From an uncultured Bacteroidota bacterium (GTDB taxonomy: Bacteria; Bacteroidota; Bacteroidia; Flavobacteriales; Flavobacteriaceae): a DNA stretch of 64,000 nt. The stretch covers positions 3,875 through 67,874 of the forward strand of contig CACIHJ010000004.1 of assembly GCA_902586435.1 (NCBI GenBank), in the 5' to 3' direction. The notes under the pieces were generated by a model, which saw only the letters and a program-made list of their open reading frames with translations, was not told where the DNA came from and did not search any database. Shown here one piece after another: positions 31,697-41,649 of this stretch. A program made the translations under genes and the position numbers. Each line of letters opens with the position of its first letter. Positions within the stretch are counted from its first letter, which is position 1.

Positions 31697-32704
31697 TTAA
31701 TCGTATGCCCAAGTTAAATATGCTGCCCCCCATGTTAATCCAGCACCAAAGGCAGTTAGGATTAGTTTGTCCCCTTTGGATAGCTTTGATTCATAATCAA
31801 ACATCAGCAAGGGAATTGTTGCAGCAGTTGTATTTCCATATTCACTGATATTCATAAGTACTTTATTTTTATCTAAGTTAATCTTTTCTGCGGCAGCATC
31901 AATAATTCTTTTATTTGCTTGGTGAGGCATCAAAAATTTAATGTCTTCAGGGTTTAAGTTATTTCTATTTACTATCTCTTCAGTAGCGCTTGCCATCTCT
32001 GATACAGCTGCCTTAAAAACCGTTTTTCCATCTTGAGTTATATAGTGCCAGCCACTGTCTAAAGCTTCTTGAGTCATTGGGTACATGGACCCCCCACCTT
32101 TAACCATCAACCATTCAGCACCTATTCCATCTGATCTTAAATATTCATCTTCCCACCCAAATTCATTCTTACTAGGTTCAACCAAAACGGCACCAGCGCC
32201 ATCTCCAAATAAAATACTTGTTTCTCTTCTAGTGTAATCAACTACAGATGACATTTTATCTGCTCCTATTAATAACACCTTCTTATATCTTCCTGACTCT
32301 ATATAACTTGTAGCTGTAGACATACCATATAAAAACCCTGAGCAAGCAGCGCTTAAATCAAATGCATAAGCATTGTTAGCTTTTATCGCTGAAGCTACTG
32401 ATGGTGCTGTAGCAGCGCCTTTATAATCTGGTGTAATTGTTGCTACAATTACCAAGTCTATCGTGTCAGGGTCAATGTTTCTTTTTGTTATTACATCCTC
32501 TGCAGCCTTAATTGCCAAATAAGAAGTGCCTTTCCCTTGACCTTTTAGTATTCTTCTTTTTTTAATTCCTGTTCTAGTCGTTATCCATTCGTCTGTAGTA
32601 TCGAGGACTTTTTCTAAATCTTGATTGGAAATAAAATCGTTTGGAACAAAACCTCCAACAGCTGTAATCGCAGCTTTTATGTTTTTTGAAGAGTTACCTT
32701 TCAT
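31697..32704 (-). CDS. fabH: 3-oxoacyl-ACP synthase III
   Basis: Active-site AACSGFLYG, plus HQANKRI and GNTTAATIP. Confidence 0.9.
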   Translation of the reverse strand: MKGNSSKNIKAAITAVGGFVPNDFISNQDLEKVLDTTDEWITTRTGIKKRRILKGQGKGTSYLAIKAAEDVITKRNIDPDTIDLVIVATITPDYKGAATAPSVASAIKANNAYAFDLSAACSGFLYGMSTATSYIESGRYKKVLLIGADKMSSVVDYTRRETSILFGDGAGAVLVEPSKNEFGWEDEYLRSDGIGAEWLMVKGGGSMYPMTQEALDSGWHYITQDGKTVFKAAVSEMASATEEIVNRNNLNPEDIKFLMPHQANKRIIDAAAEKINLDKNKVLMNISEYGNTTAATIPLLMFDYESKLSKGDKLILTAFGAGLTWGAAYLTWAYD

Positions 32705-32764
32705 CCTAATATAAGTTTTTTCTGTAGATTAGGTGAACCTGATATCGAAGATAGTAGTTTTTTC

Positions 32765-32950
32765 TTAATCTTCAGATTCAACTAATACTTTTCCTCTATA
32801 ATAAAGCTTCCCATCATGCCAATGAGCTCTGTGATATAAGTGAGTCTCCCCAGTAACTTTACTAATGGCCAGTTGTTGTTTTTTTGCCTTTATATGAGTT
32901 CTCCTTTTATCTCTTCTTGTTTTAGATATTTTTCTTTTTGGATGTGCCAT
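32765..32950 (-). CDS. rpmF: 50S ribosomal protein L32
   Basis: [19 protein letters not shown]. Confidence 0.9.
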   Translation of the reverse strand: MAHPKRKISKTRRDKRRTHIKAKKQQLAISKVTGETHLYHRAHWHDGKLYYRGKVLVESED

Positions 32951-32951
32951 T

Positions 32952-33470
32952 TTATAATAACTCTTTTAATTTATCCCACCTAGGGTCTCTTTTATTTAAA
33001 AATAGTTCTTTTGGTTTTAAATCTTCAAGTTTATCAAGTATTTCTGATTTTAATGACCCATCTTTAATTCCTGGATGTACTCTTTTTTTAGGGGCCTCTA
33101 ACACTATCGTTTCAAAAATAATATTTGAAACATCAATACTAGAAGTATTCGCTGATAAAAAGATTATTTTATCGTCTGTTGAATCTTGATTTTCAGCAAA
33201 TTTTACTATTACACTATAATCAGTTTTAATGTCAATATAAAAAGGTTCCATGGTCAAATCACATGGCACTTTTAGCTTGCCTGAGAAAAAAAAATCAAGA
33301 TTTAGCATATTGGTTTTTTTTTCTAATTTAAGCTTCGTTGTTATATCAACATCTATAAAATCATCATACTCAAAACTCTCAAAGAACTTATTACCTATGT
33401 CAAAGCTAAAATTATGAGGCCCTTCTTTTAAACCAGAAAATTTCACTAATAGTGGTGAAGGTGATTTCAT
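32952..33470 (-). CDS. yceD: DUF177 / YceD-family protein
   Basis: Conserved position immediately upstream of rpmF, and size. Confidence 0.65.
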   Translation of the reverse strand: MKSPSPLLVKFSGLKEGPHNFSFDIGNKFFESFEYDDFIDVDITTKLKLEKKTNMLNLDFFFSGKLKVPCDLTMEPFYIDIKTDYSVIVKFAENQDSTDDKIIFLSANTSSIDVSNIIFETIVLEAPKKRVHPGIKDGSLKSEILDKLEDLKPKELFLNKRDPRWDKLKELL

Positions 33471-33512
33471 TTCTTAACTATTGAGGGGCAAATTTAAAAA
33501 TATTTTGTGTAT

Positions 33513-34523
33513 TTATTTAGATATCAGATTATTTCTTGCAAAATAAATATTTGATGCTATTTCAGTCGCCTTAATAAAGGATGTCGGGTCTGCCAAACCT
33601 TTACCTGCTATATCATATGCTGTCCCATGATCAGGGGATGTTCTAATTATAGGGAGGCCTGCTGAAAAATTAACTCCTTTTCCAAAATTAATAGTTTTAA
33701 AAGGGATTAGTCCTTGATCATGATAGGCAGCAAGGACAGCGTCATATTTCTTATATCGTTCATTACTGAAAAAGGTATCTGATGGAAAGGGGCCTTCTAT
33801 AGAATAATTGTTTGAATTTAACTCATTGATAACAGGGATTGTCAAACTATTATCATCATTTCCTATTACTCCATTATCTCCAGCATGAGGGTTAATAGCT
33901 AAAACGGCTATTTTTGGATTAAGTATTTTAAAATCCTCTTGTAAAGCTTTATTTAAAATCTCGATTTTTCTTTTTATTAAATCTTTACTTAAAACACTAT
34001 ACACTTCTTTCAAGGGAATATGATCAGTAGTTAAAGCTATTTTTAAGCTATTTGAAACCATTAACATAAGTGCTTCTGAATTAAAAAAGGATGATAAGTA
34101 GTCTGTTTGTCCAGAAAATTTAAAGCTTTGAGAATAGGCAGCGTTTTTATTTATTGGCGCGGTGACCAAGACATCGGCTTGTTTATTTTTAACGGCATTA
34201 ATTGCTAGCTCTAGAGAAAGAATTCCAAAATCTGAAACTGCCTTATCTAAAACTCCAAACTTATAATCACAATTATCAAAAACATTTAATATGTTAATTC
34301 TCTTCTCCTTTGCATTGTTTATTTCTGATATTGGATGGAGCATTGACACGTCCTGTCCAAGTGCTTGTGCTTGATTCATAATTAGATTATACGAACCAAA
34401 AACTATTGGAATTATTTTGTCTAAAACCTCTTCTTTAGAAAGAGACTTTAAAATTATTTCAATACCGATGCCGTTTGGGTCGCCAATTGAAATTGCTGAT
34501 CTAATTTTTCTAGGATTAACCAT
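33513..34523 (-). CDS. pdxA: 4-hydroxythreonine-4-phosphate dehydrogenase
   Basis: GDPNGIG, AINPHAGDNG, HDQG and TSPDHGTAYDIAGKG. Confidence 0.9.
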   Translation of the reverse strand: MVNPRKIRSAISIGDPNGIGIEIILKSLSKEEVLDKIIPIVFGSYNLIMNQAQALGQDVSMLHPISEINNAKEKRINILNVFDNCDYKFGVLDKAVSDFGILSLELAINAVKNKQADVLVTAPINKNAAYSQSFKFSGQTDYLSSFFNSEALMLMVSNSLKIALTTDHIPLKEVYSVLSKDLIKRKIEILNKALQEDFKILNPKIAVLAINPHAGDNGVIGNDDNSLTIPVINELNSNNYSIEGPFPSDTFFSNERYKKYDAVLAAYHDQGLIPFKTINFGKGVNFSAGLPIIRTSPDHGTAYDIAGKGLADPTSFIKATEIASNIYFARNNLISK

Positions 34524-34565
34524 TAGTTAATTTAATTAGTAATTTTGTCAAAAATAATCAATATA

Positions 34566-35156
34566 ATGTTCACCGGTATAATAGAATCTATTGCAAAAGT
34601 CGAAGACATTAAAAATGATAAAGGTAATTTACAAATTACTTATAAGTCTTCTATTGCAAAAGAGCTAAAAGTGGATCAAAGTGTCTGTCATGATGGGGCA
34701 TGTCTAACCATTATAGAGACAAATGGTGATCATTATACTGTAGATGCAATCGCAGAAACAATCTCAAGGACTAATTTAGCGGATTTAAAAATTGGTGATG
34801 GTGTTAATATCGAAAGATCCATGGCTGTTAACTCAAGATTTGATGGGCATATAGTTCAGGGACATATTGATGAAGTTGGTGTGTGTAAGAGTATAACTGA
34901 AAATGGAGGAAGCTGGATTTTTGAATTTGAACATTCAGGAAAAAATATTACTGTAGAAAAAGGTTCAATTACTGTTAATGGGGTTAGCCTTACTATTGTT
35001 AAATCACAAGAAACACTTTTGTCTGTAGCAATAATTCCATATACTTATAATAATACGAATTTTTGTGAATTAAAAGTAGGTTCTAAGGTTAACCTAGAGT
35101 TTGATATCCTTGGAAAGTATATTTCTAAACTAATTAAGAACAATAAAACCCTCTAA
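34566..35156 (+). CDS. ribE: Riboflavin synthase (alpha chain)
   Basis: MFTGIIE start and duplicated lumazine-binding repeats. ATG 34566 is preferred to TTG 34545. Confidence 0.9.
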   Translation: MFTGIIESIAKVEDIKNDKGNLQITYKSSIAKELKVDQSVCHDGACLTIIETNGDHYTVDAIAETISRTNLADLKIGDGVNIERSMAVNSRFDGHIVQGHIDEVGVCKSITENGGSWIFEFEHSGKNITVEKGSITVNGVSLTIVKSQETLLSVAIIPYTYNNTNFCELKVGSKVNLEFDILGKYISKLIKNNKTL

Positions 35157-35259
35157 TAATATATTCTTATTTGAGTTACCTATCAGTATCTCTTAGCATC
35201 CATCAAAATTATCTTTATCAACATTTCGTATATTTGTCAGGTATTAATAAAACATTTTT

Positions 35260-36210
35260 ATGAACAAGATACCATCGCTAGATCTTAGAGATTTTTTAAG
35301 TGAAGACGCTAATCGTAAGGAAGAATTTGTTCAATCAATAGGTAAGGCTTTTCAAGAGATAGGATTTTGTGCTGTAAAAGGCCACCTTTTGTCGGATAAT
35401 CTTGTAGAAAGGCTTTACAAGCAAATTAAATTATTTTTTGATCTTCCATATGAAGTAAAAGCTAAATATGAATTCCCACAATATTCAGGTCAAAGAGGAT
35501 ATGTTTCTTTTGGTAAGGAGAGTGCTAAAGGAAGTAAGCATGGTGATCTAAAAGAATACTGGCATTTTGGTCAATATATTGAAGAGGCAGAGAAAGAGAA
35601 ATACAATTATTTTCCTAATGTCTATGTTGAAGAATTGTCTGAATTTAATGAAGTTGGCAGGGAAGTATACTCAACTTTAGAAAAAACTGCAAAACATATT
35701 CTTAGAGCTTTAGCATTGTATTTAAATATTGAGGAAGATTACTTTGATAAATATATTAAGAATGGAAACTCAATATTAAGGCCTATCCACTACCCTCCTA
35801 TTTTAGAGGATCCTAAAGAGGCTGTTCGTGCTTCTGCGCATGGGGATATAAATCTTATTACTTTACTTATGGGGGCCCATGGTAAGGGTTTGCAAGTTCA
35901 ACACTCAAATGGCGATTGGATTGATGCAGTGGCTAGTGAGGATGAGTTAATGATAAATATTGGCGATATGTTATCAAGACACACCAATAATCTATTAAAA
36001 TCCACAGTTCATAGAGTTGTAAATCCAGATAGGGAATTGCTAAAAAAATCTAGATATTCTATTCCGTTCTTTATGCATCCAGTCAGTGAAATGAAATTAA
36101 ATGTTTTAGAATCTTGTATTTCTGATGAATCCCCTAAATCATTTGATGATATTACCGCTGGAGATTTCTTAAATGAAAGATTAGTAGAATTAGGTCTGCT
36201 AAAGAAATAA
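35260..36210 (+). CDS. 2OG-Fe(II) oxygenase, isopenicillin-N-synthase-like
   Basis: HxD (HGDINLITLL) plus a distal His/Arg (STVHRV...RYSIPFF). Confidence 0.8.
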   Translation: MNKIPSLDLRDFLSEDANRKEEFVQSIGKAFQEIGFCAVKGHLLSDNLVERLYKQIKLFFDLPYEVKAKYEFPQYSGQRGYVSFGKESAKGSKHGDLKEYWHFGQYIEEAEKEKYNYFPNVYVEELSEFNEVGREVYSTLEKTAKHILRALALYLNIEEDYFDKYIKNGNSILRPIHYPPILEDPKEAVRASAHGDINLITLLMGAHGKGLQVQHSNGDWIDAVASEDELMINIGDMLSRHTNNLLKSTVHRVVNPDRELLKKSRYSIPFFMHPVSEMKLNVLESCISDESPKSFDDITAGDFLNERLVELGLLKK

Positions 36211-37058
36211 TGGATAGATCAGAATTAATACTAAACAAAGATGGTTCAGTATATCATTTAAAACTCAACTCTGAAAATTTATCTTCAACTGTCATTTTAG
36301 TAGGTGATCCATTTCGTGTAAATAAAATCACTAAACATTTTGATAACATTGAATTTGAAACTCAAAACAGAGAGTTTAAATCTGTCACAGGGAATTATAA
36401 ATCCAAAAGAATCACTGTTATTTCAACTGGAATTGGTTCAGGTAATATAGAAATTGTTTTAAATGAACTTGATGCTTTAGTTAATATAAATCTAGAAACA
36501 GGGGAAGTTTTAAATTCACATCAGTCTCTTAATTTAATAAGAATTGGTACTTCAGGTGCAATTCAAGATGATGTTCCTGTTGATTCTTTCTTATTAAGTA
36601 AAATGGCAATTGATATTGATGGTTTTATGTCGAATTATGATTTGTCAACTATAGATAACAAAAAATTTACAAAATATATATACGAAAATCATCAAATTCA
36701 AGATCAGTTATATTGCTATGATTGCTCAAGTGAATTATATGATAAATTTAATTCAGATGATGTTAATACTGGAATTACAATAACATGTAATGGCTTCTAT
36801 GGTTCACAAGGAAGATCCATAAGATTAAACACTTCTCCTAGAAACAATCTAAGTGAAATTAAAAAGATTAAGTATAATAATTATAATGCTACAAACCTTG
36901 AAATGGAGACAGCAATTATTTATGCAATGTCTATACTTTTAGGACATAAGGCTATTTCCTTAAATGCAATACTTGCTAATAGGAATCTAGCAGAATATAG
37001 TTTGAATCCAGAAAATACTGTTGACAATTTAATAGAGTATACACTTAACAAGCTTTAA
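36210..37058 (+). CDS. PNP/UDP-family nucleoside phosphorylase (uridine-phosphorylase-like)
   Basis: VILVGDPFRV, REF..VTG.YK, STGIGSGN and NLEMETA. TAATG overlap with the upstream gene. Confidence 0.7.
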   Translation: MDRSELILNKDGSVYHLKLNSENLSSTVILVGDPFRVNKITKHFDNIEFETQNREFKSVTGNYKSKRITVISTGIGSGNIEIVLNELDALVNINLETGEVLNSHQSLNLIRIGTSGAIQDDVPVDSFLLSKMAIDIDGFMSNYDLSTIDNKKFTKYIYENHQIQDQLYCYDCSSELYDKFNSDDVNTGITITCNGFYGSQGRSIRLNTSPRNNLSEIKKIKYNNYNATNLEMETAIIYAMSILLGHKAISLNAILANRNLAEYSLNPENTVDNLIEYTLNKL

Positions 37059-37063
37059 TTTCT

Positions 37064-37927
37064 ATGGATATAACAACGATTATCACACAAATCTTTTTAC
37101 CAATTTCCTTGGCAATTATTATGTTTGGTATGGGGCTAACTCTTGTAGTTGGTGATTTTGGTAGACTTTTTACTTATCCAAAGGCGGTAATTGTTGGACT
37201 ATGTAATCAACTAATATTTCTTCCTTTAATTGGATTTTCAATTATCCTTTTATTTGATCTAAGCTCCTCTATGGCTATTGGAATTATGATACTAGCGCTA
37301 TGCCCTGGCGGGCCCACGAGTAATCTTATCACTCAAGTTGCTCGAGGAAATATTGGTCTTTCTGTCACTCTAACTGCTCTGGCAAGTCTAATCACTGTTT
37401 TTACAATTCCAATCATTTTATCAAAAGCCATTACTTATTTTACCGGAGAGACAGGTGTTGTTATTGAACTCCCTATAGTTCAAACAATGCTTCAAATTTT
37501 GGTAATAACCGTAATTCCTGTCTCGATAGGCATGGTAATTCGCAAAAAAAATGAAGGCTTTGCCCTCAGAATGGAAAAGCCTATGAGAACTGCTTCCACA
37601 GTATTATTTGTTATTATTTTTTTACTCGTAATGATTGCTAACAAAGATTTAATAGTCGAAGCAATGAAAGAAGTTGGATTGGCAACATTACTTCTGAATT
37701 TATCAACGATGGCTCTTGGATACATAACTGCGAGAGCTTTTCGGATAAAAGGAAAAAGTCAAATTTCAATTACAATTGAAAGCGGAATTCAAAACGGAAC
37801 ATTAGCTTTTGTCATTGCTACTACAATACTTAATAATGTTGAGATGGGGCTTCCGACTGGAGCCTATTCAATATGGATGTTTATCACCGGGGGAATTCTT
37901 ATGTGGCGATTAGGAGTTTCAAAATAA
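37064..37927 (+). CDS. Bile acid:sodium symporter (BASS) family transporter
   Basis: About 8-9 TM helices and an LALCPGGPTSN motif. Confidence 0.75.
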   Translation: MDITTIITQIFLPISLAIIMFGMGLTLVVGDFGRLFTYPKAVIVGLCNQLIFLPLIGFSIILLFDLSSSMAIGIMILALCPGGPTSNLITQVARGNIGLSVTLTALASLITVFTIPIILSKAITYFTGETGVVIELPIVQTMLQILVITVIPVSIGMVIRKKNEGFALRMEKPMRTASTVLFVIIFLLVMIANKDLIVEAMKEVGLATLLLNLSTMALGYITARAFRIKGKSQISITIESGIQNGTLAFVIATTILNNVEMGLPTGAYSIWMFITGGILMWRLGVSK

Positions 37928-37928
37928 A

Positions 37929-39077
37929 CTAATATTGTTCTTCCAGTTTATAAACTTGTCTAGCCAATTCTGCTAAGAATGGTATTCCCACATCATCATA
38001 CTCATAAATATTATCATTTACAATCTGATTTTGGTTTACATATATTGTTGCAGACAAGAAGAATTCAATTTTTTTCTGATAGTCTCTTATGTAACTAATA
38101 TCAGTAAGCGATCCATATGCTACTCCTACTTTGTTATAAATTCTAATTTTTCTATCTATTGTATTTGTTGAATCTCCGTAGATAAAAAATTTGTTATAGG
38201 AATCAAAGTATTTTGAGTCCTTTTGATACTCTATGCCAATATCTTCAAATGTAAACCTGCTCATCCAATACCTAAGAAAATTATAATCTTGGTCACTTAA
38301 ATTAATTCTATCCTGTTCCTGAAATAGATCTGGATATATGATTCTTTTCATAACGCCATCCAGGTCTCTTAGGGATGCTCTGTTTTTTGTTTTAAAGTTA
38401 AAAGGAGTAGCAACTTCTTCACCATGTAGAATTTGAAATTTGCCCTGGAGCAGGTTGTCTAAATTATTGTGTTCTATAATTTCTTGAGTTTCATCTTTAG
38501 AGATTAAATCTCTATCTAGAGTATAAATTTTCCAATCGGTTTTGACATAAGGATCTGGATTAAATTTATGATTTAAAATAATAGTGTTTAATCCTTTTTC
38601 CCTCATCTGTTGATTAAAATAATTATATCCTAGAAAATTGATTAAAATATTTGATGCTGAATTATCACTAACAAGGAATACTTTTGATATCAAATCTTTA
38701 AAGGTTGTTTCTGTAGTAATTTGATCCGCACTTAGTAATAAAATTTTGCTTTCAACGGTAATATTAATCCCAGTGTTTCGTAATTCATTAATCTTCTGCA
38801 ATGTCAAGGCAACAATTGGAAGTTTCATTGTACTAGCGGGATAAAAGTAAACATTGTTGTCTGCCTGATAATCGTATTGAATGAATGAAGGCATTCCCAA
38901 TGAGTCCCTCACAACTTTAGTATACAAGATTTGTAAATTGTGATTTTCCTTGTTCTTATATATTGGTTTCAGTTGAGGCTCTCTTTTTTTTATAATTAAC
39001 TCTATTGGATTAGTTGTTGAGCTACAAGACAAGAGGAGAAAACAAAAAGATGCTAGCAAATATTTATACATAAGCAT
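37929..39077 (-). CDS. Class-A beta-lactamase-fold serine hydrolase, lipoprotein
   Basis: SxxK (ASTMK), SDN (VSDNSASN) and a KTG-like KVG. Lipobox LLLSCSS. The start is moved to ATG 39077 because the ORF-track start at 39098 lies inside a terminator hairpin. Confidence 0.7.
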   Translation of the reverse strand: MLMYKYLLASFCFLLLSCSSTTNPIELIIKKREPQLKPIYKNKENHNLQILYTKVVRDSLGMPSFIQYDYQADNNVYFYPASTMKLPIVALTLQKINELRNTGINITVESKILLLSADQITTETTFKDLISKVFLVSDNSASNILINFLGYNYFNQQMREKGLNTIILNHKFNPDPYVKTDWKIYTLDRDLISKDETQEIIEHNNLDNLLQGKFQILHGEEVATPFNFKTKNRASLRDLDGVMKRIIYPDLFQEQDRINLSDQDYNFLRYWMSRFTFEDIGIEYQKDSKYFDSYNKFFIYGDSTNTIDRKIRIYNKVGVAYGSLTDISYIRDYQKKIEFFLSATIYVNQNQIVNDNIYEYDDVGIPFLAELARQVYKLEEQY

Positions 39078-39083
39078 AAAATT

Positions 39084-39106
39084 AAAAAAACCCCTCATTT
39101 GAGGGG
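39084..39106 (-). terminator. Rho-independent terminator of the 39116..39865 gene
   Basis: Minus strand reads CCCCTC-AAAT-GAGGGG followed by T7. Confidence 0.85.
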
Positions 39107-39115
39107 TTAATTATA

Positions 39116-39865
39116 TTATTCACTTGGTCTTACTGAGATTGCCCTCCAAAGAGGAATACTTTTCAGATGTGTCCTCATATTAAGAACTGTTTGCATCTGC
39201 TTTGGTATTCTAGTTGTTTGCTCTCTAGTGGTCATCATTGTTTCAAAAGAGTCATAAAAATCTACTGTCATGTAGTTATTATATACATCTTCTCCCATTT
39301 GATCTAACCTCTTTAGTAAGCCCCATCCAGACCTTGTGCCTATGTCACCAGAGTTAAGACTGTTTTCAGCTTTTTCATATGCATATCCGTTTGAGATAGG
39401 TGTCTTCATAAAATTTAACACTGCAACTTGAGGAACATCAGGTGTTTCTCCATCGTTTGCAGCAAAGTTTAGTCCTTTGTTTACATATGTGTGGTCATAA
39501 ACTATAGTTCTAGCTTTAATGTTTTTTTGTTGAAAAATCTCAACATCCATATCACTATAATTAGGTCGCATTTTCATTACACCTGCATTAGCATTTAAAC
39601 TATCAGGGTGTTTAGCTACTGTAACAATAACCATATTCCATGCTTCTGCATCACCTGCGCCTGGTCTCCACCAAACATCCCATCCTGTTATTGTCCCTTC
39701 ATCAGCTCTCATTTGAGCCAACTCTTTCCACTTTTCGTTAAGAATTGTTCCATAGTCTTCACCTGGAGTAGTCTTAACAAAAGTCATATTTACGTAATCT
39801 CCATTTCCTTGAGCTGATATAAAGCCAGCAGCAAATAGAGCTAAAATTAAAAGTATTTTTTTCAT
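39116..39865 (-). CDS. Secreted protein of unknown function with an internal tandem duplication
   Basis: Signal peptide (LFAAGFISAQ). The two halves share the patterns VNMTFVKT.P / VLNFMKTP and GTITGWDVWWR / GTRSGWGLLKR. Confidence 0.6.
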   Translation of the reverse strand: MKKILLILALFAAGFISAQGNGDYVNMTFVKTTPGEDYGTILNEKWKELAQMRADEGTITGWDVWWRPGAGDAEAWNMVIVTVAKHPDSLNANAGVMKMRPNYSDMDVEIFQQKNIKARTIVYDHTYVNKGLNFAANDGETPDVPQVAVLNFMKTPISNGYAYEKAENSLNSGDIGTRSGWGLLKRLDQMGEDVYNNYMTVDFYDSFETMMTTREQTTRIPKQMQTVLNMRTHLKSIPLWRAISVRPSE

Positions 39866-39924
39866 TTTAAATTGATTTTAGATTGATTTAAATTTCTGTA
39901 AATTTAAATAAAAAACCCCTTGAT

Positions 39925-40905
39925 ATGAAAAACAGAAGGACCTTTATAAAAACTGTTGCTGCTGGAAGTATAGGCAGTGCATTTATAGGATGTGAAAATG
40001 CTTCAACAGAAAAAAGCAAAAAAATACCATTAGGAACAAAGAGGAATCCAATAGGGGTGTCAACTTATTCCTATTGGCAATTCAATGGAAGGGAAACTCC
40101 TATAGAGTATTGTATAGAAAAATCTGCAGAGTATGGCTTTGATGGTATAGAGCTCTTATTAATACAAATGGAGTCTGAAGAGAATTCATATCTACAAAAC
40201 ATTAAGAAGCAAGCTTTTCATGCAGGCCTAGACATAATGGGTCTTTCAACACATCAAAGTTTTGTTAGTCCAGATAACAGCAAGCGCCAAGAAAATATTG
40301 ATCTTACCAAACATCAAATAGAAGTTGCTTATGCTCTAGGTATTCCAACCATTAGAATAAATACAGGACGATGGGGAACAACAATGCCAACTAACGGAAA
40401 ATCCGAATTTGATGTCCTTATGGATAATAAAGGTGTTGAACCTGTAATTGATGGCTATACTGAAGATGATGGTTTTAAATGGGTTATTGATTCAATAGCT
40501 CAGTGTATCCCAACAGCAGAAAAATGCGGAGTTGTTTTAGGGCTAGAAAATCATTGGGGCCTTGGTCTAACGTCGCAAGGAGTAATGAGGATTGTTAATG
40601 AAATCAATAGCCCTTGGCTTAAGGTTACTCTCGACACAGGAAACTTTTTTGATAATCGTGAAGCACAATTGGAAGAGCTTGCCCCACATACATGTCTTAT
40701 CCAGGCAAAAACATATTTCGGTGGAGCTAAGTGGCCGGCTTTTAACGAAATAAATATTGATTATCCTAAAATTGGAGAGTTAATGAGAAAAAATAATTAT
40801 CGAGGATATATATCTCTTGAATTTGAAGGTAATGAAAATGCTGAAACGGCAGTGCCTAAAAGTTTGGACTTATTACGAGAGTCCTTTTATTTTAAACTAA
40901 CATAA
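39925..40905 (+). CDS. Tat-exported xylose-isomerase-like TIM-barrel protein (sugar phosphate isomerase/epimerase family)
   Basis: Twin-arginine signal NRRTFIKTVAAG. Also GFDGIEL, LGLENHWG and LDTGNF motifs. Confidence 0.75.
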   Translation: MKNRRTFIKTVAAGSIGSAFIGCENASTEKSKKIPLGTKRNPIGVSTYSYWQFNGRETPIEYCIEKSAEYGFDGIELLLIQMESEENSYLQNIKKQAFHAGLDIMGLSTHQSFVSPDNSKRQENIDLTKHQIEVAYALGIPTIRINTGRWGTTMPTNGKSEFDVLMDNKGVEPVIDGYTEDDGFKWVIDSIAQCIPTAEKCGVVLGLENHWGLGLTSQGVMRIVNEINSPWLKVTLDTGNFFDNREAQLEELAPHTCLIQAKTYFGGAKWPAFNEINIDYPKIGELMRKNNYRGYISLEFEGNENAETAVPKSLDLLRESFYFKLT

Positions 40906-40937
40906 AGTAGATAAAATATTTTTTTACATTTGATAGA

Positions 40938-41642
40938 ATGCAAGAATATCCAATTCCTTATTATGTTATTGAATTTCTTTCTGAGGAATGGATAACCTGG
41001 ACTGCTTTCTCTATTATATTTATTGCTACCCCTTTATTTTTTGCAAAATATTTAAATGCATCCCAAAAAAAGTACCTTCTATATATAATGAGTGTCTTGT
41101 TAATAATAGAATACTCTGGAGAAAACATAAAAAATATTCTTAATGGTTTTTGGAATATTCAATATAACCTTCCTTTACATTTGTGCTCAATGTCTACTGT
41201 GATATGTTGCTTTTTACCATTTATAAAAAAGCAAAAAAAATGGTTTGAGTTTGTTTACTATACTGGAATATTAGGTGGGTTTATGGCTATTTTAACACCA
41301 CAGATTAATCAGTTTGATGGTCATATAAGCGAGTATGTTAATTACTATTCTTCTCATAGTTTAATAATATTAATACCGCTATATATGTATATGTATCAAG
41401 GGGCCCAACTTACTAGGCTGTCATGGTTAAGGCTCTTTTTTAATATGACTATTTTAGTTATTCTTGTAATGCCAATAAATTTTATAATTGGATCTAACTA
41501 TATGTATGTTGCTGAACTACCCGGAGTAGACAATCCTCTTCTTATTGGAGGCTGGCCTTATTATATTTTGTTTGGACTGGTCTTTGTCTTACTCTTGGCT
41601 TACCTTCTTTATATAATAACTAAGAGACGAATTATTTTATAA
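40938..41642 (+). CDS. TIGR02206/YwaF-like integral membrane protein
   Basis: About 7 TM helices and an LPLHLCS motif. Confidence 0.55.
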   Translation: MQEYPIPYYVIEFLSEEWITWTAFSIIFIATPLFFAKYLNASQKKYLLYIMSVLLIIEYSGENIKNILNGFWNIQYNLPLHLCSMSTVICCFLPFIKKQKKWFEFVYYTGILGGFMAILTPQINQFDGHISEYVNYYSSHSLIILIPLYMYMYQGAQLTRLSWLRLFFNMTILVILVMPINFIIGSNYMYVAELPGVDNPLLIGGWPYYILFGLVFVLLLAYLLYIITKRRIIL

Positions 41643-41649
41643 ATAAGTA

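Noticed and set aside
39078-39098. ORF-track start of the beta-lactamase-like gene at 39098.
   Set aside because: That ATG is within the CCCCTC/GAGGGG terminator stem. ATG 39077 gives a clean lipoprotein signal peptide.
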